From: Dehalococcoidales bacterium
Lineage (GTDB): Bacteria; Chloroflexota; Dehalococcoidia; Dehalococcoidales; UBA1222
Direction of reading: 5' to 3'
DNA length: 62,789 nucleotides
Assembly (NCBI GenBank): GCA_016286345.1
Contig: JAEESL010000003.1
Coordinates: 1 to 62,789 of the forward strand
The notes under the pieces are model-generated. The model ran no database searches and was not told where the DNA came from. It saw only the letters and a list, made by a program, of their open reading frames with translations. Shown here one piece after another: positions 1 to 9,702 of this stretch (its first letter is position 1; the number at the start of each line of letters is the position of its first letter). Position numbers and translations under genes: made by a program.

Positions 1-1568
1 CTGAGGTGAGTCTTTACCATACAGGTGCACATGCTCTTGGTGTCAGGATCTTCCTCAAGCTTCTTGATCTTGTCATTGGCCAGAGGTGCATATTCAACAC
101 CATCAGCTCCGTAAACTTCCCTGGCGATCTTTTCGATTCTTTCCTTGATAGGCATATCAAGATCATACAGGTGGTGGAAATCATTCTTTTCTTTACAGGC
201 ATCCATTACTGCATCAGCAAGTTCAAGTGCACCTTCGCCGCCTTTTGCCCAGTGATTGGACAGGGCGACTTTTGCACCTGCTTTTTCTGCAATGTCACGG
301 ATGATCTTTATTTCCTCTGGAGTATCAAATTTGAACTGGTTGATACATACGACAGGGGTGATTCCAGATTTTTTAACTGTTTCAATGTGAGCGATAAGGT
401 TTTCACAGCCTTTTTCAACCAGAGCGGGATTTGATTTTGTGTAAGCTTCATCAAGAGGCTTGCCGGGTACAACCTTGGGACCGCCGCCATGCATCTTAAG
501 AGCACGGATCGTGGCAACGATAACAGCACAGTCCGGAGTGAGTCCGCTGAGTCTGGTCTTGATATTCCAGAATTTCTCAAATCCGATATCAGCACCGAAT
601 CCGCTCTCTGTAACATGATAATCGGAAAGTTTGAGACCAAGTCTGTCAGCTACGATTGATGACTGACCGACTGCGATATTGGCAAAAGGTCCGGCATGTA
701 CAAGCACGGGCTGTCCTTCGATCGTCTGAAGCAGGTTGGGGTTGGTTGCTTTGACCATCCATGCAGTCATAGCTCCGTCGACTTCAAGATCGTGAGTTGT
801 TACCGGATTACCCTGTTTGTCGTATGCAACAACGATCTTTCCCATTCGTTCTCTGAGATCTTTGAGATCTTTGAACACGGCAAGTATTGCCATGATCTCG
901 GATGAAACTGAGATGGCAAAACCTGATTCCATCATGAAACCGTCCATCTTTCCGCCGATACCGATGATGATATCCCGGAGGGACTGGGCACAATAGTCGA
1001 TTATCCATTTCATCTGGACGTTTCGTGGATCGATATTCAGTCTTCTCAGATTTCGTTTGGCTAAAAACTCATCTGTATTGATTGCTTCATGCTGCATTCT
1101 GCTGGTAAGAGCTACCATGGCAAGGTTGTGTGCATTGTTGATATTATCGATATCACCGGTAAGACCGAGTGAGAATGGAGTTAAAGGAATACACTGGGAT
1201 AAACCACCGCCGGCAGCACTGCCTTTGATATTGAATGTAGGACCGCCTGAAGGCTGTCGGATGGCACCTGAGACGTTCTGGCCTCGTTTGCCCAAACCTT
1301 CGACAAGACCCATTGTGGTAGTACTTTTACCTTCTCCGAGGGGAGTAGGGGTGATTGCGGTTACGTCGATGAATTTTCCGTTGGGTTTATCCTTCAGTCT
1401 GTTGAGAACGGCCTGATAATCGACTTTTCCGATATCATGACCGTAGGGAAGGAGTTCTTTCTTTTCGATACCCCATGAAGAGGCAAGTTCCTCGACGGAT
1501 TTCATGTTTTCTTCTGCAGCTGCTGCTATCTGCCAGTCAGCCATTGTTGTGGGATCTAAAACAGTCAT
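1..1568 (-). CDS. fhs: formate--tetrahydrofolate ligase, first ~522 codons (3' end lies beyond position 1)
   Basis: Absent from the ORF track because there is no in-window stop. My own minus-strand translation from the ATG at 1568-1566 (GGGAGG just upstream) gives [21 protein letters not shown]...[24 protein letters not shown]...[15 protein letters not shown]. This contains the FTHFS nucleotide-binding signature, and the frame stays open to the window edge. Confidence 0.9.
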   Translation of the reverse strand, partial: MTVLDPTTMADWQIAAAAEENMKSVEELASSWGIEKKELLPYGHDIGKVDYQAVLNRLKDKPNGKFIDVTAITPTPLGEGKSTTTMGLVEGLGKRGQNVSGAIRQPSGGPTFNIKGSAAGGGLSQCIPLTPFSLGLTGDIDNINNAHNLAMVALTSRMQHEAINTDEFLAKRNLRRLNIDPRNVQMKWIIDYCAQSLRDIIIGIGGKMDGFMMESGFAISVSSEIMAILAVFKDLKDLRERMGKIVVAYDKQGNPVTTHDLEVDGAMTAWMVKATNPNLLQTIEGQPVLVHAGPFANIAVGQSSIVADRLGLKLSDYHVTESGFGADIGFEKFWNIKTRLSGLTPDCAVIVATIRALKMHGGGPKVVPGKPLDEAYTKSNPALVEKGCENLIAHIETVKKSGITPVVCINQFKFDTPEEIKIIRDIAEKAGAKVALSNHWAKGGEGALELADAVMDACKEKNDFHHLYDLDMPIKERIEKIAREVYGADGVEYAPLANDKIKKLEEDPDTKSMCTCMVKTHL

Positions 1569-1671
1569 AGTGACCTCCCAAGTGTGAATAAAGTAACAAA
1601 TAGTATATCAATAACATACGGTTTATTTCCAATATAAAAATAAGTGTCTTTACAAATCTAATTAATTGAGT

Positions 1672-1684
1672 TAAATTAAATTTA
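1672..1684. promoter_or_regulatory. perfect AT-rich palindrome TAAATT-A-AATTTA, candidate MarR/OhrR operator
   Basis: Read directly from the sequence, 27 bp upstream of the 1711 start codon, in the divergent fhs/peroxidase promoter region. An AATTAATT palindrome lies 10 bp further upstream. AT-rich palindromes also arise by chance, so confidence is low. Confidence 0.25.
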
Positions 1685-1710
1685 TAACAATCAAATAGGA
1701 GTAAAAATTT

Positions 1711-2253
1711 ATGAATATATATGATTTTGAAGTAGAGACCATCAAAGGTGAAAAGAAATCCATTGCCGATTACAAAGGCAAGGTTTTGCTTATCGTTAAT
1801 TCTGCAACCAAATGCGGATTTACCAAGCAGTATGACGAATTAAGAGACATGTATAACGACTATGTAGACAAGGGTTTTGAGATACTTGATTTTCCATGCA
1901 ATCAGTTTATGAATCAGGCACCCGAAAACAGTGAAGAAATTCATTCTTTCTGCACTATGCGATATGACATCAAATTCCCGCAGTTCGCCAAACTGGATGT
2001 TATAGGGGACAATATTCATCCTTTGTTTAAATATCTCTCAGAAAACACTACATTCAAGGGATTTGGAAACGGTCTGAAGATGGCCGCCCTCAAAATGGCA
2101 GTTAAGAAGGTCGACAATGATTACGAAAATAACAGTAATATCAAATGGAATTTCACCAAATTCCTTATCGATCGTGAAGGCAAGATCGTCGAACGTTATG
2201 AACCTACTGAAGGTGTTGATGTAATAAGAACAAAGATTGAGGAATTATTATAA
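1711..2253 (+). CDS. glutathione peroxidase family protein (Cys-type)
   Basis: 180 aa. It has KVLLIVNSATKCGFT and FPCNQF motifs and a WNFTKFLIDREG C-terminal motif. The active-site residue is encoded by TGC, not TGA. An AGGAG RBS precedes the start. Confidence 0.9.
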   Translation: MNIYDFEVETIKGEKKSIADYKGKVLLIVNSATKCGFTKQYDELRDMYNDYVDKGFEILDFPCNQFMNQAPENSEEIHSFCTMRYDIKFPQFAKLDVIGDNIHPLFKYLSENTTFKGFGNGLKMAALKMAVKKVDNDYENNSNIKWNFTKFLIDREGKIVERYEPTEGVDVIRTKIEELL

Positions 2254-3338
2254 TGTTCGATCTCGAGGAATATCTTTCCACGTCAGTAGGCCATATCGTT
2301 CGTGATATGGTTAAGACATCAAAATTCAATATAAACCAGAATCTATTCATTACTAAATTTGCTGTTTCAAGCCGTAATGCTACAAATATCCGTTTGGCCC
2401 ATGCCAAGGAAGGTAATCATATTCCTGCTTTTTTGATTTCCAGCATTACTTCAACCTGCAATCTCCATTGTGCAGGATGTTACTCAAGATCTAACGGGGC
2501 ATGCCACGATGGTGCAGCTCACGATCAGTTGTCTGATCTTGAATGGCATAGGATATTTAAAGAAGCCAGGTCTCTGGGAATCAATTTTATCTTTTTGGCT
2601 GGCGGAGAACCGCTTATTCGCAGAGATGTAATCAATAAGGCCGCTAAATCAAAAGATATCATTTTTCCGATCTTCACCAATGGAACAATGATAGATGATG
2701 AATATATTCAGTTATTCGATAAAAATCGAAATCTGATTCCTGTGTTAAGCATCGAGGGTGAACAGGAAACAACTGATAATAGACGCGGTGCAGGTGTTTA
2801 TTCCAAGCTGATCAATGTAATGGATAGGATGAAAGAAAATCAGATCATGTATGGCGCTTCCATCACATTGAATCATGAAAATATTGATGAAGTGACATCC
2901 GATTCTTTCGTTAAAAAACTGAACGAACGCGGTTGCAAAGCAGTATTTTATGTGGAGTATGTCAATGCTGATAATGCTGAAGAAGATATTGCTCCCAACG
3001 ATGATGACAGAGAATACCTTAATGACAGGCTGACTGCTCTTCGTCAGGAATATGACAATATGATGTTCATTACATTCCCCGGAGACGAAATCAAATCCGG
3101 TGGCTGTCTGGCTGCAGGCCGTGGATTCTTCCACATCAATTCAACCGGCGGTGCCGAGCCGTGTCCGTTTTCCCCGTATTCAGATATGAATGTAAGAGAT
3201 GCCTCTCTTCTTGACGTCATCAATTCCAAGCTGTTTACTGAGTTGAGATCAAGTGATATTCTGACCTCGCAGCATGATGGTGCATGCGTATTGTTTACTA
3301 ATCGTAAAAAAGTTGAAGAGATTGTTAATTCAAAATGA
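2253..3338 (+). CDS. radical SAM protein of unassigned subfamily
   Basis: 361 aa. It has a CNLHCAGC (CxxxCxxC) cluster motif followed by the GGEPL glycine-rich motif. The C-terminal Cys pattern is GGCLAAG...GGAEPCPF...GACV. The start overlaps the upstream stop (TAATG). Confidence 0.8.
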   Translation: MFDLEEYLSTSVGHIVRDMVKTSKFNINQNLFITKFAVSSRNATNIRLAHAKEGNHIPAFLISSITSTCNLHCAGCYSRSNGACHDGAAHDQLSDLEWHRIFKEARSLGINFIFLAGGEPLIRRDVINKAAKSKDIIFPIFTNGTMIDDEYIQLFDKNRNLIPVLSIEGEQETTDNRRGAGVYSKLINVMDRMKENQIMYGASITLNHENIDEVTSDSFVKKLNERGCKAVFYVEYVNADNAEEDIAPNDDDREYLNDRLTALRQEYDNMMFITFPGDEIKSGGCLAAGRGFFHINSTGGAEPCPFSPYSDMNVRDASLLDVINSKLFTELRSSDILTSQHDGACVLFTNRKKVEEIVNSK

Positions 3339-3778
3339 ATACCGTTGTTGATAAAAAATATGATTGTCTGAAACTGGATAACCAGTTATGCTTTCCTCTC
3401 TATGCCTGTGCCAGAGAAATAATTAAGAAATACAGACCTTTTCTTGATGAGATAGATCTGACCTATACCCAGTATGTGGCGATGATGGTTATGTGGGAGT
3501 ATGGGACAGTGACCTCCAAAGAACTTGGGGAAAAACTCTATCTTGATTCAGGAACTTTGACTCCGCTCCTGAAAAAGATGGAAGAGAAAAACCTCATCAA
3601 AAGACAGAGACTGAAGTCGGATGAGAGAAATCTCAAGGTTACAATTACCAAAAAAGGGGAAGCACTTAAGGAGAAAGCAGTCCGGATACCATATAAACTT
3701 AGTGACTGCATTGATTTGGATCAAGAGGATGCCAAAACTCTTTTTACTCTACTTCGAAAGTTTCTGTCCACCATTTAA
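3335..3778 (+). CDS. MarR-family transcriptional regulator, OhrR-like
   Basis: 147 aa. It has the N-terminal LDNQLCFPLYA motif (position of the OhrR sensing Cys) and a winged-HTH region LTYTQYVAMMVMWEYG...LGEKLYLDSGTLTPLLKKME. It is joined to the radical SAM gene by an ATGA overlap. Confidence 0.8.
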   Translation: MNTVVDKKYDCLKLDNQLCFPLYACAREIIKKYRPFLDEIDLTYTQYVAMMVMWEYGTVTSKELGEKLYLDSGTLTPLLKKMEEKNLIKRQRLKSDERNLKVTITKKGEALKEKAVRIPYKLSDCIDLDQEDAKTLFTLLRKFLSTI

Positions 3779-3797
3779 TATCATTGTTCCATATCTA

Positions 3798-3846
3798 TAC
3801 ATTCAGTATGTCTCGTCGTGTTGATTGAAAAGACATACTGAATGTA
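3798..3846 (+). terminator. 16-bp perfect-stem hairpin after the MarR gene
   Basis: TACATTCAGTATGTCT (3798-3813) pairs perfectly with AGACATACTGAATGTA (3831-3846) around a 17-nt loop. The trailing sequence is U-rich (TAATTTAT). Confidence 0.6.
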
Positions 3847-3881
3847 TAATTTATGCTTAATGCATATTAAAGAGGTGTTAA

Positions 3882-5678
3882 ATGCTGAGAACTCATAATG
3901 CCCAATCTCTCAATTTGAATAATAAAGGGCAGAAGGTTACAGTTGCCGGATGGGTAGACCGACGACGTGATCATGGCGGATTGATTTTTATTGATCTTCG
4001 TGATCGTTCGGGACTTCTGCAGATTGTGTTTAATCCTGAAACTAATAAGGAAGCACATGAACTGGCCGGAACGCTGAGAAGCGAATTCTGTATTCAGGTG
4101 ACAGGTGTTATTTCTCCAAGACCTGAAGGCACAATCAATGAGAAACTTCCAACCGGAGAGATTGAACTGCTTGCTGAATCACTCAAGATACTGAATACGT
4201 CTGAAACACCTCCGTTTTATATCAATGAAGAAGTTGATGTTGATGAGAACCTGCGTCTTAAATACCGATATCTTGATATGCGCAGACCGACATTAAAGAA
4301 CAATCTTATCTTCAGACACAAGGTTGTCCATCTTATGAGAACCTTCCTTGACAGCGAAGATTTCCTTGAAGTTGAAACTCCTATTCTTACCAAAAGCACG
4401 CCTGAAGGCGCACGTGACTATCTGGTTCCCAGCCGATTGCATGAAGGTACCTTCTATGCTTTACCTCAGTCTCCGCAGCAGATGAAACAGCTGCTTATGT
4501 GCGGTGGACTTGAAAGATATTATCAGGTTGCTAAGTGTTTCAGAGATGAAGATACAAGAGCTGACAGACAGCCTGAATTCACTCAGCTCGATATTGAAAT
4601 GAGTTTTGTTGAACCTGAAGATGTAATGGGCATGATCGAAAGAATGCTTCTTAAGATCATGGATACGTTGAGACCTGATGCAAAATATCCTCGTCACTTC
4701 CCTAGGATCCAGTATTCCGAGGCAATGAGCAAGTACGGAAGTGATAAACCTGATCTCAGATTCAAGATGTACATCACCGATATCTCAGATATCGTGAAGG
4801 ACAGCGAATTCGGTGTCTTCAAGAATACCGTTGCAAATGGCGGAACGGTCAAGGGCGTTGTACTTCCCGGATGTGCCGGTTATTCAAGAGCAGAACAGCA
4901 GGAACTTGTTGAACTTACCAAGACATATGGCTCCAAGGGTATGGTACCTTTGGCTTACACCAGTGAAATGGCATCAATAGAAGAGCTTACTCCCGAAACT
5001 GTCAAATCAGTTGCAACCAAGTATCTTTCAGTTGATCAGTTGAAGGAAATAGCTGTCCGTATGGGTGCAAATCCCGGTGATCTGGTCTGTCTTATTGCTG
5101 ACAGAGAAGATAAGGCGCTTGAATACTGCGGCAGATTCAGACAGGATATGGGTCTTAAACTCGGTCTGGCCGATCCCAACGAATTTGCATTTGCTTTTGT
5201 AGTTGATTTCCCTCTGTTCAAGTGGGATGAGGAAGGAAACCGATGGGATGCTGTTCATCACCTGTTCACAGCACCGTTTGAAGAAGATATTCCTCTTATC
5301 ACTATGGAAAATGCCGGCAAGGCAAGATCTCAGACTTATGATATTGTGTTGAATGGTTTTGAAATCGGCGGCGGCGGTATCCGTATCCATAACGCAGAAC
5401 TCCAGGAAAAGGTTCTTGAAGTGATGGGTTATCCCAAGGATATTGCTGAAGACCGATTCGGACATTTGATAGAAGCTTTCAAATACGGAGCACCTCCTCA
5501 TGGTGGCATTGCCATGGGTATTGACCGTGTTGTAATGCTATTGTGTGGCGCTGATTCAATTCGTGAAGTCATCGCATTCCCGAAGAATCAAAGTGCACAG
5601 GACCTGCTGTTTAACGCACCTTCAACAGTGGAAAAACAGCAGATTAAAGATTTACACATCAAATTAATCGATGACTAA
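3882..5678 (+). CDS. aspS: aspartate--tRNA ligase
   Basis: 598 aa. It has an OB-fold N-terminus (VTVAGWVDRRRDHGGLIFIDLRDRSG), class II motifs (FRDEDTRADRQPEFTQLD, GGGIRIH, GIDRVVMLL), and a good RBS. Confidence 0.95.
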   Translation: MLRTHNAQSLNLNNKGQKVTVAGWVDRRRDHGGLIFIDLRDRSGLLQIVFNPETNKEAHELAGTLRSEFCIQVTGVISPRPEGTINEKLPTGEIELLAESLKILNTSETPPFYINEEVDVDENLRLKYRYLDMRRPTLKNNLIFRHKVVHLMRTFLDSEDFLEVETPILTKSTPEGARDYLVPSRLHEGTFYALPQSPQQMKQLLMCGGLERYYQVAKCFRDEDTRADRQPEFTQLDIEMSFVEPEDVMGMIERMLLKIMDTLRPDAKYPRHFPRIQYSEAMSKYGSDKPDLRFKMYITDISDIVKDSEFGVFKNTVANGGTVKGVVLPGCAGYSRAEQQELVELTKTYGSKGMVPLAYTSEMASIEELTPETVKSVATKYLSVDQLKEIAVRMGANPGDLVCLIADREDKALEYCGRFRQDMGLKLGLADPNEFAFAFVVDFPLFKWDEEGNRWDAVHHLFTAPFEEDIPLITMENAGKARSQTYDIVLNGFEIGGGGIRIHNAELQEKVLEVMGYPKDIAEDRFGHLIEAFKYGAPPHGGIAMGIDRVVMLLCGADSIREVIAFPKNQSAQDLLFNAPSTVEKQQIKDLHIKLIDD

Positions 5679-5695
5679 CAAGGAGAACTAGAAAA

Positions 5696-7093
5696 ATGAA
5701 AATTGTTGAAACAAAGACTGAAAACCGTACAACAACTATCAAAGTCGAACTTGATGCCGCAGAAATCGAAGCTGCAAGCGATGAAACATACAAGCGATTG
5801 AACAAACAAATTGTAGTGCCCGGTTTCAGAAAGAACAAAGCTCCCAAACAGTTGCTGATCAACCACGTCGGCAAGGATGCTTTCAATACTGAAGTCTATG
5901 AAGACTATATCCCCGGTGTCACCAATAAGATCATTGAAGATGAAAAGATGGATATCTATGCTCGACCATATGTCCATGTCATCGGAGAAGATCCTGTAAC
6001 ATTTGAGGCAGTTATTCCTCTTACTCCTATTGTTGAACTTTGTGATTACAAGGCTGTCAGGATAGATCCTAAAAAGATCGAAGTAAGAGAAGAAGAAGTA
6101 AATGCTGTTATAGACAGATTCCGAAAACAGAATGCCAAGTGGCAGGAATCTGACGGTGAAGTTGAAGAAAACGATATCGTTACTATGGATATCGACAGCC
6201 ACAGCGGAGATGAACCTTTCATTCAGCAGAAAGGTATGCCTTTCCAGATTACCAAGGATTCTGACTATCCTGCTCCCGGTTTCTCTGAAGCTTTAATTGG
6301 TCTTAAGAAGGATGAGGAAAAGACTTTCTCACTGACTTTCAAGGAACCTGACTACAATTTACCTGGCGAAGAGAACAAAGATGAAGAGAAAAAGGAAGAA
6401 AAGCCCGATCGAATCATAGAATTTACCGTTAAGATCACTGAAATCCGAAAAGAACAGCTTGCAGAGCTTACTGATGACTTTGCAAAGATGATCATGCCTA
6501 CCTGCAAAGATGTTGAATCACTCAAGAACGTAGTTCGTGATGAACTTATGCATCGTGAAGAAGACAATGCCAGAGACGCATACAATACCGAAGTTATGGA
6601 AAAGATAGCTGAAGGAAGTAAGATAGAATACCCTGATTTCCTGGTTGAAAACGAAATAGACACAATGATTCAGGAATTCTACGAAAGAGTCTCTAAATCA
6701 GTTAATTCACAGGAAGAATATGATTCCATTGTTAACGGAACAAAGGAAGAAGATCTTAGAAAGACTTATCGACCCAGTGCAGAAGTCAGAGTCAAGAACA
6801 ATCTGATTATCACCAAGGTTATGGAACTTGAAAAGATTGAGACCACAGATGCTGAAGTCGATGAACAGCTGGATAGATTTGTAAGTGATGCTCCTGATCC
6901 TGAAAAACGAAGAGCTGCACTTAACACTGAAGAAAACAGAAACAATATCAAGCTTTGGAATTCATCATCCAAGACTTTAAAGGCACTTCTCGGATTTGCT
7001 TCAACTGACTGGACTGATGAGGAAAAGAAGACTCTTGAACATCATCATCACCATCATGACGATGATGCAGCAGAAGAAGCAGCAGAAGAATAA
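5696..7093 (+). CDS. tig: trigger factor with acidic insert and His6-containing acidic C-terminal tail
   Basis: 465 aa. It has the ribosome-binding N-terminus (GFRKNKAP signature) and sits immediately upstream of clpP, as in many bacteria. The tail reads ...KKTLEHHHHHHDDDAAEEAAEE. Confidence 0.9.
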   Translation: MKIVETKTENRTTTIKVELDAAEIEAASDETYKRLNKQIVVPGFRKNKAPKQLLINHVGKDAFNTEVYEDYIPGVTNKIIEDEKMDIYARPYVHVIGEDPVTFEAVIPLTPIVELCDYKAVRIDPKKIEVREEEVNAVIDRFRKQNAKWQESDGEVEENDIVTMDIDSHSGDEPFIQQKGMPFQITKDSDYPAPGFSEALIGLKKDEEKTFSLTFKEPDYNLPGEENKDEEKKEEKPDRIIEFTVKITEIRKEQLAELTDDFAKMIMPTCKDVESLKNVVRDELMHREEDNARDAYNTEVMEKIAEGSKIEYPDFLVENEIDTMIQEFYERVSKSVNSQEEYDSIVNGTKEEDLRKTYRPSAEVRVKNNLIITKVMELEKIETTDAEVDEQLDRFVSDAPDPEKRRAALNTEENRNNIKLWNSSSKTLKALLGFASTDWTDEEKKTLEHHHHHHDDDAAEEAAEE

Positions 7094-7146
7094 TAGATTG
7101 TTAACTTACATTAAAAAAGCTACATTCTAATGTAAGGAGATAAAAC

Positions 7147-7785
7147 ATGTATAACTTAGGTAGTAGGGATGAACTTATCCCATATGTTATTGAAAAGAGC
7201 GGTCAGGGCGAAAGATCATATGATATCTATTCGCTTCTTCTGAAGGAAAGAATCATCTTTGTCGGAGAAGAGATCGAAGATCATATGGCTGATACTATTA
7301 TTGCTCAGCTTCTTTATCTCGAAAGAGAAGATCCGGACAAGGATATCATGATGTATATCAATTCACCCGGCGGTTCCGTAACAGCAGGTCTGGCAATCTA
7401 TGACACAATGCAGTTTATCAAACCTGATGTGTCTACCATCGCTATCGGTATGGCTGCCAGCATGGCTTCCATATTGCTTTGTGCAGGTGCGAAAGGCAAG
7501 AGACTTGCTCTTCCTCATTCAACCGTTATGATCCATCAGGCAAGCGGCGGTGCACGAGGTAAGACATCAGATGTCAGAGTTCAGGTTGCCGAGTTACAGA
7601 GAGTAGAAAACATTATCAAAGATATATTATCCGAAAAAACTGGTCAGCCTTTGAAAAAAATCGAACAGGACATTCAATTGGATAATTATATGACTCCTGA
7701 GCAGGCACTGGAGTATGGTCTGATCGACAGTATTATCGGATCAAAAAAAGCAGCTGAAAAGCCGTCATCTAAAAGTAAAAAATAA
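7147..7785 (+). CDS. clpP: ATP-dependent Clp protease proteolytic subunit
   Basis: 212 aa. It has [30 protein letters not shown] (catalytic Ser) and MIHQ (His) motifs, plus a Lys/Ser-rich C-terminal extension. Confidence 0.95.
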   Translation: MYNLGSRDELIPYVIEKSGQGERSYDIYSLLLKERIIFVGEEIEDHMADTIIAQLLYLEREDPDKDIMMYINSPGGSVTAGLAIYDTMQFIKPDVSTIAIGMAASMASILLCAGAKGKRLALPHSTVMIHQASGGARGKTSDVRVQVAELQRVENIIKDILSEKTGQPLKKIEQDIQLDNYMTPEQALEYGLIDSIIGSKKAAEKPSSKSKK

Positions 7786-7793
7786 AATTGATT

Positions 7794-7832
7794 ACAAAGG
7801 GACCGCATAGACAAACGGTCCCTTTGTTGTTT
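7794..7832 (+). terminator. rho-independent terminator after clpP
   Basis: ACAAAGGGACCG (7794-7805) pairs with CGGTCCCTTTGT (7816-7827), followed by TGTTT. Confidence 0.8.
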
Positions 7833-7844
7833 AATATAATACCG

Positions 7845-9626
7845 ATGGATTTATCAAATATAATCACTCTTTTTACTGGAGTTGCGTTATTCCTTTTTGG
7901 TATGTCGCTGATGGGCGATAGTCTAAAAAGACTTGCAGGCGGCAAACTTGAAGTTGTACTTTCCAAAATGACCAATTCTACACCCAGAAGTGTAGCTCTT
8001 GGTGCAGGTGTCACCGCTGTTATCCAGTCTTCATCTGCTACTTCAATCATGGCAGTCGGCTTTGTTAATTCCGGTATCATCAAATTTAAACAGGCGATCG
8101 GTGTTGTTCTGGGTGCAATTCTTGGTACCAGCATCACAGGCTGGATCGTCAGTCTTTCAACACTTAACGGCGGATCGGGATTAGTCCAGCTTATTTCTTC
8201 TACCACAATTGCTTGTGTCGCTGCTCTGGTCGGCATTTATCTGAGAATGTTCACAAAGAGACGTACTAATCATGCTATCGGTGATATCTTGCTTGGTTTT
8301 GCAGTATTGATGGTAGGTATGTCTTTGATGAGCAATGCAGTTGCTCCGTTGAAAGAAAGCCCAACTTTTGTTCATTTATTGTCTCTCATTTCCAATCCGT
8401 TTTTAGGAATCCTGGTCGGTGTCGCTATTTCAAGTGTTCTTCAGAGTGCCTCAGCCGCAGTTGGTCTCGTACAGGCTCTTACAGCTACTGATGCTGTCGA
8501 CTTTGCCGTAGCTTTGCCGCTTATCATCGGTATTGCAATAGGTGCTGCACTTCCTGTTTTGATTGCAACTATCGGTGCAACACGTGATGGCAAAAAGACA
8601 GCAAGCATCTATCTTATAGCAAATGTTCTAGGTGCAATAATCATAGGTGCCGCTTATTACATATTAAATTCATTCCTGCAATTCTCAATCAATAGTGTCA
8701 TATTGAATACAGTGGATGTGGCTTTGCTTAACACTGTATACAGATTGCTTGTTGTGCTTGCATTGATTCCGTTGGTTGGTTTTATGGACAAGATAACGGA
8801 AAAAATCGTACCGTATGATAAACCGAGCAAAAACCTGCAGGCATATCCGGAAGTTCATATGGAAGAAAGCTTCCTTCTCTATACTTCACTTGCGATCGCT
8901 CACTGCAAGGACGTTACCAATAATATGGCCAATCTGTCCAGAACGAGTGTGAACAGCGCCATTGATATGCTGTTCAACTATAATGAAAAAGCTTTTCAGG
9001 AAATTTCCACTATGGAAGCGCGCTCTGACCAGTATGAGGACGCTATTGGTTCCTATCTTCTTAAAGTGACTAAGAGGGAACTTAATACTGCTCAGAACAA
9101 AGAAATATCAGAGTTGCTTCATACATTGCCTGATCTGGAACGAATTACTGATTATGCTATGAGCATGGGCTTCATTGCCAAGACTATGTATGAGAAGAAT
9201 ATCAATTATTCCGAACAGGCAAAACATGAACTTCAGGTATTAAGGTTTGCTCTGAGCGAACTGCTTGATCTGACTGTTGATTCCTTTGTCAACAGCGATC
9301 TCCAGATGGCAGCAAAAGTTGAACCGTTGAAGGATGTTGTAGGAAAGCTCTGCGATGTCCTGAAGAGTCATCATGTTGAGAGATTAAAGATCGGAACATG
9401 TACTGTGGAGCAGGGTTTCACATTCAACGATATACTGACAAGTTATGAAAGAATTGCAGGGCACTGTTCAAATGTTGCTCTTGCTATGCTTGAAATCGAT
9501 TCGAATGCATATGATACTCACGGACACGTCAGAAAGATCGATCCTGAACACAGAAAACAGTTCGAAATGTACGTCGAACAGTACACCAGAAAATATGCAC
9601 TCGATGATGAGGAAACTATCAATTAG
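7845..9626 (+). CDS. Na+/phosphate cotransporter family protein with C-terminal PhoU-like repeats
   Basis: The track ORF starts at 7788, but that start includes the clpP terminator hairpin. The ATG at 7845 (MDLSNIITLFTGVALFLFGMSLMGDSLK) matches the usual NptA/YjbB N-terminus. A duplicated QSSSA/QSASA motif is present. Confidence 0.85.
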   Translation: MDLSNIITLFTGVALFLFGMSLMGDSLKRLAGGKLEVVLSKMTNSTPRSVALGAGVTAVIQSSSATSIMAVGFVNSGIIKFKQAIGVVLGAILGTSITGWIVSLSTLNGGSGLVQLISSTTIACVAALVGIYLRMFTKRRTNHAIGDILLGFAVLMVGMSLMSNAVAPLKESPTFVHLLSLISNPFLGILVGVAISSVLQSASAAVGLVQALTATDAVDFAVALPLIIGIAIGAALPVLIATIGATRDGKKTASIYLIANVLGAIIIGAAYYILNSFLQFSINSVILNTVDVALLNTVYRLLVVLALIPLVGFMDKITEKIVPYDKPSKNLQAYPEVHMEESFLLYTSLAIAHCKDVTNNMANLSRTSVNSAIDMLFNYNEKAFQEISTMEARSDQYEDAIGSYLLKVTKRELNTAQNKEISELLHTLPDLERITDYAMSMGFIAKTMYEKNINYSEQAKHELQVLRFALSELLDLTVDSFVNSDLQMAAKVEPLKDVVGKLCDVLKSHHVERLKIGTCTVEQGFTFNDILTSYERIAGHCSNVALAMLEIDSNAYDTHGHVRKIDPEHRKQFEMYVEQYTRKYALDDEETIN

Positions 9627-9702
9627 TCACTTTGCAATGTAAATGGCTTGATTTTGCATTGTGTGACTTCTGATTCTATTAAAAGACATGCTCGGTGGAA
9701 AA

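Noticed and set aside
1711-2253. A possible selenocysteine-type glutathione peroxidase.
   Set aside because: The active-site residue is encoded by TGC (Cys), there is no in-frame TGA, and no SECIS-like hairpin is needed.
3779-3881. A T-box leader upstream of aspS.
   Set aside because: The spacer is only ~100 bp and is fully explained by a single terminator hairpin. I found no specifier loop or T-box (AGGGUGGNACCGCG-like) sequence.
5675-6202. Long antisense or alternate-frame ORFs inside confirmed genes. Examples: 5675-6202(-), 12957-13529(+), 16224-16805(+), 20264-20710(-), 28693-29157(-), 43878-44432(+), 53905-54489(-), 55125-55604(-), 58159-58611(-).
   Set aside because: They are shadow ORFs overlapping genes with clear family signatures. 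Their translations are low-complexity or Cys/Phe/Ser-rich, they lack RBSs, and they show no recognisable motifs.
7033-7093. The LEHHHHHH string at the end of tig looked like a pET-style cloning tag, that is, vector contamination.
   Set aside because: The codons are CTT GAA CAT CAT CAT CAC CAT CAT (no XhoI CTCGAG). Eleven further native-looking codons follow before the stop. The flanking genes (aspS, clpP) are in normal chromosomal order.
7147-7832. The absence of clpX after tig-clpP as a sign of a rearrangement.
   Set aside because: A clean terminator follows clpP, and clpX is frequently encoded elsewhere. This is not informative without the whole genome.
7788-7844. The ORF-track start at 7788 for the Na/Pi cotransporter.
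   Set aside because: These codons span the clpP terminator hairpin (7794-7827). The ATG at 7845 gives the canonical family N-terminus.
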